A stretch of DNA of 38,417 nt, taken from positions 45,184,746-45,223,162 of the forward strand of contig NC_069000.1 of the NCBI RefSeq assembly GCF_001194135.2, read 5' to 3'. The notes under the pieces are model-generated. The model was given only the letters and a program-made list of their open reading frames with translations. It ran no database searches and had not been told where the DNA came from. The translations under genes were made by a program, and so were the position numbers. Shown one piece after another: positions 12,881 to 22,825 of the stretch. Numbering within the stretch: the first letter of the stretch is position 1; every line of letters begins with the position of its first letter. The stretch is from Octopus bimaculoides (Eukaryota).

Positions 12881-14674
12881 TCGAATTCAGTGTGGTACTC
12901 CACTCACTCCCGTTCTGGTAGCTGTTTAATGTAGCCGCGTTGCTGAGTATCAGTGAAAGCACCACTGGCTCTCATCCTCTCATTGATTACAATAACAGCA
13001 GCAACAACAACGACAACAACAAAATTCGTTTCAAATTATGGCACAAGGCCAACAAGCTTAGGTGGGGGGGGACAAGTACTAGTTACGCACCGGACCCCCA
13101 GTGCGTAACTGGTACTTATTTTATCGATCCCAAAAGGCAGAATTTGAACTAAGAACGTAATAACGGACGAAATACCACTGAGCATTTTGTCCGGTGTGCC
13201 ATCTCGCCACCAATAGTAGTAGTAACTACGCATACGCCTTTAGTTACATATAATTCAATTAAGTTCTGTTTTATTTTTTGTTGATTGCTTTTTTTCTGTT
13301 TTGTAGCTTGCGGCAGATCAACTCGCAAACACAGCCATCTTTAATTCCACAGCAGTCCATGCTATTCCAACAATTGCCAATTTTATTACAAATACTCTGC
13401 TGAATATGGGAGGAAATTTACCAGTCTTCAACATCAGCACCAACAATTGGCCGTGGCCAAAATTAAGAAATACTGCTGCCGTCAGTGGTAAAACTTTCGC
13501 AACGGTCTACGTTTTATCATTTGCATTCCTTGTTTTATCGAATGGAGCTGGAATACAGGTTGTAAAAGACTATGAGGTGAGTTTTGCATTCATAGATTTC
13601 GATCACTAATATCTAATGCATTGTTCGTAACGAATAAATGTAGTGGATTTTACCAATAATTTGGGTGTCTGTAACATTGTTACTAATAATTTACTGGTCT
13701 GCACTAGTAGTACCTATAATATAACGGACTTCACATTTTGTACTTATAATGTGGTGGACTGTACAGTTTGAAATCAATATGGTGGACTGTACAATTTGTA
13801 ACATTAACTCAACCACACTCCAAGTTATTTGTAGAGACAGTCACCATATTATACAAGTTCTCTCTCAGTGTAAAGTATATAAATACAAAACGTCGAAGAA
13901 AGAAATTGTACTTAAAACTTAAATGTGCTCACATAATTATATCAGGTACCAGCTCTTCAGATGTCGGAAATCTGTAGTGTACATGTATATTTCTAGACTC
14001 CATTTTAATCATTTATTCATTCGTTGTTCCATATATGGAAGTAAAGCATATTAAAATATTTCTGTTTCCAATTACATCGCATAATATTCCAAGTTCTGTT
14101 TTTATTAACTTTTTATATTTTTTTTCTCATTTTCACCCGCAAAATCAGTTTAATATCCGAAGCCAACTCCGAGTGTCAGGAATATCAAATTCCATCTACT
14201 GGGCTGCCAAAAGAACTCTTGATCTGGGCAATGCTCTGATACCCGTAATCTTTCTTCTAATTATAATTCTTGCTTTCCAGGTAAGCCTTGCCTTTTGATT
14301 TTCATTAACATTGCCATTGTTTCATTTATCGATATATATATATATANNNNNNNNNNNNNNNNNNNNNNNNNNNNNNNNNNNNNNNNNNNNNNNNNNNNNN
14401 NNNNNNNNNNNNNNNNNNNNNNNNNNNNNNNNNNNNNNNNNNNNNNNNNNNNNNNNNNNNNNNNNNNNNNNNNNNNNNNNNNNNNNNNNNNNNNNNNNNN
14501 NNNNNNNNNNNNNNNNNNNNNNNNNNNNNNNNNNNNNNNNNNNNNNNNNNNNNNNNNNNNNNNNNNNNNNNNNNNNNNNNNNNNNNNNNNNNNNNNNNNN
14601 NNNNNNNNNNNNNNNNNNNNNNNNNNNNNNNNNNNNNNNNNNNNNNNNNNNNNNNNNNNNNNNNNNNNNNNNNN

Positions 14675-14707
<33 letters not shown>

Positions 14708-16741
14708 ATATATATATACGGCAGGTTTCCTCTTAGTTTCCGTCTATCAACAAATCCACTCACAAGGCATTGGTCAACTCGCAGTTATCGCAGAAGGCTC
14801 TTTTTTTGCGAAGTAGCGTTCTGTAGGTTAGAACCCAAAATGAAGTGGTTGCCAGCCGTACTTCTTAGCCACACAACCATACCTCCGCCCTTATCCTTTC
14901 TTTTTGTTTTATTCTCATCTATTTTTATTCTAATCTCTTTCCAGGTTGACAACCTAAACAGTGCTGGGTCGATCATCTGTTTGATGCTCATATGTTTCAC
15001 GTACACCGCGTGCAACCAACAATTCAGCTACATCTTATCTTACGCGTTTAAGAATTTTGAAAGCTGTCAGTCCGTTTCACCGAATTTATCCTCAACGGTA
15101 AATACCTATTATTGATGTGATAACATGAAGCCTTCACTGCCATCTCAACCTTAACCATCACTTTAACCATCACACTCACTTGTACCGCAACCTTCACCTT
15201 CAACTGCATCAGCCTTTACAGATTCATTTTGGCTTTCATCATAACCATCACCTTCACCTTAACCTTAATCTTCACCCTAGCATTCATTTAAAACTTAGCC
15301 TTCACTTTAACCTTTAGCAATCAGATTATTCTGCCAAATGTAATGCTTATTTATTCACATTCTTTTGAATCAATCATGCATTATTTCGTTGCTTCACGAT
15401 GTCGATGCTGTGACTTGTAAATTTTAAGAATGACATTGTAGGTTAGGTGTAAAAGGATGGATCTGGCCGGTTTCAACATAAGAAGGCGGGGAAGATACTG
15501 AGATCGGATTTGACCTGTTGAACTTTAACCTGGATCGGATATGACCGGTTACTTTAACCACGATCCTCACCCTCACATAAGACCTCACACAAGCACTCTC
15601 ACTCAACAATGTTCTACGAGGGAGCTTTCACTTGGTCACTTGATTTGTTAGAAATGACAGTCAAATCTAACTCAAATTACTCTCAACAGTATTTAAAAAG
15701 GAATAAAAACAAACGGAATTCGATTGATGGAAATAGCGTGTAAGCCCATAAGCGCATATGTATATGTGTGTGTGCATGTGTGTGTGTGCATGTGTGTGTG
15801 TGCATGTGTGNNNNNNNNNNAAAGAATCGGTATTAAAATTACTGGTGCCAACTTCCGTGATTTTGCATTGCAAATGAGAGTCGAGCAGAGACACTTCTCT
15901 TTCCATGGTTCACGAACTGATGAGACAATCTGAAGTAAAATGTCATCTGGCTGTCTGCCAAAAGCAATTGGCATCTGATAACCAAGATGTTGAATAATAA
16001 CTCTTTAGGAATTACTGATATCTTGGATATATTCCATATATCTCAGATATATAACAACTCACAAGTTTATATGAGCCATCTAGTTCAGTTTTGCTTTTCG
16101 AGAAGCTTGTTTGTCGATGTCCTTCCTAATATTGCTGAAGTTAAACGAAAATATATCATTTCAGTTGACGACAATGAAACAAGATGTCGAAATGACCCAG
16201 AACGTGAGAAAAACATCACTTATGAAAGCAAAAGACATATTATACGTATAATACATATAAAACATTTTATAATGGGATATTTAACAGAGAGATAGTTCAA
16301 CACAGACGAAAGCGTCATTGATTGGTGTCAGAGAGCTTAGCATAAAAACCACGTTGACTGCACCGTAATCCTCATGGCTTTCAGAAGCAATTATCAAAGA
16401 AGGCAAAACTACTTTGCATTGTGAAATTGCGGGAAGTTTTCCCTTGTATCAGCTGTTGGAGTAGTTTATCTTTTAATATATTGAGTTACTCTTGCAGGAC
16501 GTCGAGCTGGCAAAAACGTTAGCACGCCGGGCGAAATTCTTAGCGGTATTACGTCAGTTTTTACGTTTTGAGTTCAAATTCCGCCGAGGTCGACTTTGCT
16601 TTTTATCCTTTTCGAGTCGATAAAATAAGTACCAATCGAGCACTGAAATTTATGTAATTTATAGACGTAGGAGTGGCTGCGTGGTAAGTAGCTTGCTTAC
16701 GAACCACGTGGTTCCGGGTTCAGTCCCACTGNNNNNNNNNN

Positions 16742-16786
<45 letters not shown>

Positions 16787-18145
16787 GTATTGAAGCCGAT
16801 ATGTATTGTGGGAAATTTTGTTTTTGACTACATCAAGTCGACCAAAATATTCATCGGCATACCTTCGGCTCTACGTTCTGAGTTTCAAACCCCGCTGAAG
16901 TAAACTTTGCCTTACATCCATTCCAGGTCGATAAAATAAAGTACGAAGTACTGAGGTCAAGGCAATCGACTTCCCTTCAAATACTTGTTGGTCTTGAATC
17001 CCGCAATGGACGGGGCTCAAGAAAAAAAATACATATAATGCCAAGAGGTTGTTGGGTATGACGTCAGAGGCCTCGGTGCGTTGATACAAAATCTTGGGTT
17101 ATAAAGGAACGCGTTCAGCATTAATTTTTATACGTGTGTTGCCATGATAAAGTGACTGTTTCTGCCACCGCTGTAATATATCTTCGTCATTTTGTTCTTT
17201 GTGTTGTTTGTTATTTTTCTTCACATTTATTTCGATTTCTTTTCTTATGCAGGTTCAAATGAATTACAACTTTGAAAATAAAACGGTCGATGTGGCGGCC
17301 CCGATAGAAGACTTTTTCAAATGGGATAATATGGTTTTATACTCCATACTCATTGTAGGTACCTTTTTTCTGTGATACACATTTATCTATACATCTGTTA
17401 ACATATCAAATGGTTTTCATTGTGTCTCTTGTATTATGGTGTGCCAAACATAACTCGTTATATTGCACAACACACAGAGCCGGATAAGACCTATACAAGC
17501 CCTAAGCACTTGAAATATTTTGGTGCAACCATATATATTGCGTGTTCGTCTCTCTTTGCCATCTGTGATTTTATTTTTGATCTTCTATATAAATGAAGAT
17601 ATTTCCTCCGTTTGGCTTCTTTTCTTGCTACAAAACGAGAAGTTACATCGCGGAACAGTTATTTTAATGAGTTGTATTTATTTATCACCTGATGAGGTAC
17701 ATCTGCACCGCCGGATGCTCCTGAACCAGTTGTTGAGTGTCCCACCCATGAGGAATCGATATTAGATGTACAGAAACAATTGTCGCGATTAATAATAAAT
17801 TCTCTGCGCGTGGTTGGACTCCCTAAAACACCTCTTTTAGCTTGATAAACACTTGAGAAATTGCTATTTATTTTTCAGACGATATTTCACCTTATATGGA
17901 TGCCGTTTCTGATAAACGCTTTAGATATATGGAAAGCCACTGGGAAACTTAGGCTAGCGTTTGGTTTGAAGCCACTTCCGATCTCGTACGACGCATTGAA
18001 TGATAGCACGGCTGAGGAAAATGAAGATGTTTTGGAAGAAAGACAACGCGTGGACAACATAGTTAAGAAGAAAGAGGTGAGCATGAAAGGAATTTGGAGT
18101 ATTTTTACACCTTTTTACAAGTTCGTTAACCAAAACATAAAAAGA

Positions 18146-18184
<39 letters not shown>

Positions 18185-18601
18185 ATGTATGTATGTATGT
18201 ATATATGTAGATGGGGATGTGCATGNNNNNNNNNNTGCATGTATGTATGTATGCATATATATATATATATATATATTGACACACAAACATGCACACACTC
18301 ACACATCTTCAAATATTAATGGAACAAGGGATATATATTCACACAGTATTCAGTAATTTATATTTCCATTCACATCCATTGCTGTGTTTATCTATCTATA
18401 TCTCCATCTATCTATCTATCTATTTTCTCTGCGTATACCATACCATGAGGTCATCTTGAAATAGGAGTTGCTTATCTATTGGTAAATAACCCAAATTAGT
18501 AATAATAAGACAATTAGATTATAAAATATACTTTTTACATTTCATTAGAAAAATGTAAATTAGTAAACTCCCTGATAACCAGGAATACTTGCTATTCCCC
18601 A

Positions 18602-18636
<35 letters not shown>

Positions 18637-19895
18637 NNNNNNNNNNATATATATATATATATATATTTATAATGGAATAATTACTATGAAGCATTGTGTA
18701 GAATATATTGTATAAAAGATCGTGAGTAAGACCAAAACAATGCGAAGTAAATACAAGGTAAATCACTAGAAAACAAGTATGTAAATTAATGTAGACTTAC
18801 TTTGTATTCAATATTTCGGGGGTAATATTCTCCTAGATATCTAGACAAAGTCTGCAGTACCCCACACACGCACAAAGGCATTCACATACAATATACAATG
18901 CCATATTCGACAGATGCCTTCTGTCAATAAATTTCCCCATTGACTTAAAATGACATCCACAAAATGATCAACTGTTCTTTTTCCACAGTTTCCAATGGCT
19001 ACAGTGCAGAAAATCAGCAAGATCTTCGGCCAACCCGATCATTTATGCTTTAAAAGTAAGAAAGCACACAAGAACATGAAAGTGGCCGTGAATGACGTTA
19101 GCTTTTGCGTAAAGGGCGGAGAAGTTCTCGGTCTTTTGGGACCGAACGGTGCTGGTAAGACCACATGCATTTCCATGATGTCAGGCGAATTGGGAATTGA
19201 CAAAGGAAAGGTGAGCAAAAATCTTTCTCTATCGTTCTCTCTCCCTCACTATCTCCCTCCCCTCCCTCCCTCTCGTTTCAAAACATCGTGGCACTCCGTC
19301 GGTTACGACGAGGGTTCCAGTTGATTAGATTAACGGAACAGCCCACCCGTGAAATTAACGTGCAAGTGACTGAGCACTCTACAGACACGTGTACCCTTAA
19401 CGTAGTTCTCGGGGAGATTCTGTGTGTGACAAAGGCTGGCCCTTTGAAATACAGGTACAACAGAAACAGGAAGTAAGAGTGAGTGAAAGTTATGGTGAAA
19501 GAGTACAGCAAGGTTCGCCTCCACCCCCGACCAGAGCCTCGTGGAGCTCTAGGTGTTTTCGCTCAATAAACACTCACAACACCCGGTCTTGGAATCCAAA
19601 CCGCCATACTGCAACTGCCAGTCCGCTGCCCTAACCACTGGGCCATTGCGCCACCACAGTTACAAACCATAAGGACTGATACAAATAGCGACGTTTCTTC
19701 TGTTATTGCAGATATTCATCCGAGATCAAAACCGCGAGGAAGAGTTTTTCAGTGAGATAATTGGGTTTTGCCCTCAACACGATGCTTTGTTCCCTCTGTC
19801 AACCCTCAGGGAACAAATCCAGTGTTATGCTGAAATACGGGGGATTTGCAAAGAGGATATTAATACTATTGTGGATTAGTAAGTACTTCTGTTTT

Positions 19896-19931
<36 letters not shown>

Positions 19932-22789
19932 GCGCGCGCATACATGCACACGCGCGCGCACACACACACACATACATGCACATGGACATAAACACATACA
20001 TACATACAAGTTAATTCGAAGACTACAGATCCAATCCATCTCTGGAACTGTAAAAATCTGCAAACTTTTCCAGAAGTTTATCATTTAAATATATATGAGC
20101 TTGTCTATATATGCAGCTATATGCATGAGAATACATACATAAAACATACAAATTTGCACATCCATCCAGCCATCCATACATACATACATGCATACATACA
20201 TTTGAAAGACACTGCCTAAATACCAATCTTGAGAAATTAGGCTTCTCAAAACCAGAAAGGAGAAAGCTAATTCGAGGACTACGGATCCAATCCACCATTG
20301 GAACTGTAAAAATCTGTAAAAATCTGTAAAACTTTCCAGAAGTTTATTACAATTAATATTCCATTATCTAAATTCATAGATGCATAGCTTTTATGAAATT
20401 AAAAGGCGGAGATTTTCTCCGATGACAAAAAACAACATTGATCATCTGAGCATTCTCAATACATTCAAATCTGTCTGAATGTTGTATTGTTTATAAACCA
20501 TTACATACTGTGACAATTATTCGAATGGGTTTATAAACAAACGGTACAAATACTATGTAATGTAAGTTACCAGTTATTCTATTAAACCAGAATTGTTTTG
20601 CCATTTCTCCTTCACCAGTTATTTAGAAACGATGAATATCAAAGAACACGCCAATAATTACACATCTAAATTGTCTGGTGGAACCAAACGGAAGGTAATT
20701 TAGAATTTCTACTTTTTTTAATCCTAGCTAATGTTCAAAACGGCATCAAAAGAGCGAGTTTCTAATTTTTGTTACTTTATTTTTCTTGCCCGATATACCC
20801 GTCAGTGTTTTCTCGAACCTTTGTGCATATTTAGAACCAAGATTTTCTTAGTTTTACTGGGCCTTCTGGTGGAAAAGTAACTGTATGATGCATGCCAAAA
20901 ATTTCTCCCTAATTTTTCTTTTAATAACGGAAAACTCTTGTATTTTAAAAGCGCCAATGAATCCAATATATTTTCCTATTTCTCTTTATTACAGACAAGT
21001 TATATCATGAGCATGATAGGTAATCCACATTTTGTCTTGTTTGATGAACCTTCGACTGGAATGGACCCGAAATCAAAACGTTTTATGTGGTAAGTAAGGA
21101 TTTTTGATTAAATTCTAAATAAAACGAAGTCCTAAGCTGGTCAGCTGATCATATTATTGGAGTCCCTTCCTGAGATTTCGTTTCAAGTACTCTGTGAAAT
21201 CCTATCCCTTACATCTAAATTTGTTTACAATCCTCACAATATGATAAAGCTTTGTCACTGGAGGAGAAGGTAAACTTAGACAAATATTTAGTCGATAGGG
21301 TCTGTGTTGGGGTGAAGGAAATACTAAGAATATCATGAACATGTACCCGGACGTTATGTATATAAATTGTGAGGCACGACTCAAACAGCACCGGGACAGC
21401 CCACAACTGTCGCTTGTAGAAACTGTTCAGTCACAGACAACGCTGTTCTAATAGGGCGGATAATTAAGAGCTTCATTCGAGATCATAATTAACTGAGAGA
21501 AGCCTCAATCACAAGATTAGTATAGATTTCAACTCTTTAGCGGAATCGTTAGCAAACCGGACAAAACGCTTAGCTGTATTTCGTCTGTCGTGAGTTCAGA
21601 TTCCGCCGAGGTCGACTTTACCTTTCATCCTTTTGGGGTCGATAAAATAAGTACCATTTAAACAGTGGGGTCGATATAATCGACTTAATTCCCTTGTTTG
21701 TCCTCTCTGTGTTTCGTCCCTTGTGGGCAATAAAGAAATAAGAAATTAATTTTTAAAAAAGGCGGCGAGCTGGCAGTAACATTAGCACGATGGGCCAAAT
21801 GCTTAGCAGTTTTTCATCTGTCTTTACGTTCTGAGTTCAAATTCCGCCGAGATCGACTTTGCCTTTCATCCTTTCGGGGTCGATAAATAAAGTACCAATT
21901 GCGTACTGGAGTTGATCTAATTGACTGGCCCCTTCCTCCAAAATTTCGGACCTTGTGCCTAGAGTAGAAAAGAATATTGTGAAAAATGTTGTTTTGGAAT
22001 ATATATTACTATAAATTTTATATTTCGTTAATATAGAACGTATTTCTTACATTTTTTTTTGCAGGGACATCATTAGTTCTAACTTCCAAGATTCTTCAAA
22101 AGGAGCCATTTTAACCACCCACTACATGGAGGAAGCAGATACTCTTTGTTCGAGAGTTGCCATTATTGTCAATGGAAGAGTGCAGTGAGTCTCTCAATAT
22201 CATCGTCTCCATTAAGGTGGTGAGCTGGCAGAAACGTTAGCACGCCGGGCGAAATGCTTAGCGGTATTTCGTCTGCTGTTACGTTCTGAGTTCAAATTCC
22301 GCCGAGGTCGACTTTGCCTTTCATCCTTTCGGGATCGATAAATTAAGTACCAGTTACGCACTGGGGTCGATGTAATCGACTTAATCACTTTATCTGTCCT
22401 TGTTTGTCCCCTCTATGTTTAGCCTCTTGTGGGCAATAAAGAAATAAGAAACGTGTGTATATGTGTATGTATATAGACTAAAGCAGGGCTGGCCACCCTG
22501 AGGCCCGTAGGCCGCAGACTTTTATCTTGTGTTTAATTTCAAAATAAAATTGTTTGTGTAAAACATTTGCTTCAAAATAAATTGAAAGTTTGTAAGTGGC
22601 AATAAAGCAAAGGCCTACAATTTTATAATTTTAAACAAACGAAAAGTATGAAAAATTCTTGATTCTGTAGTTTGGCTATTTCACTATTAGTACATAAAGT
22701 ATACAAGTAGCCCTCCAAAAACTTTCTGATTAAAGTGGCCCGCGATGTAATTCGAGTTGGTCAGGCATCGACTAGAGTATCGACTGTGT

Positions 22790-22825
<36 letters not shown>

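Noticed and set aside
15125-15320. Degenerate (CCTTAA/CCTTCA)-like hexamers suggesting an interstitial telomere
   Set aside because: No consecutive CCCTAA units; treated as low-complexity sequence.
15987-16295. 102-aa ORF as the missing TMD2 exon
   Set aside because: No TM helix or ABCA similarity, and the phase-0 frames after candidate acceptors hit stops or give hydrophilic peptides.
21340-21520. Possible second Penelope GIY-YIG relic ([11 protein letters not shown]...LREASI)
   Set aside because: Core IGET motif absent and similarity too weak to call without a profile search.
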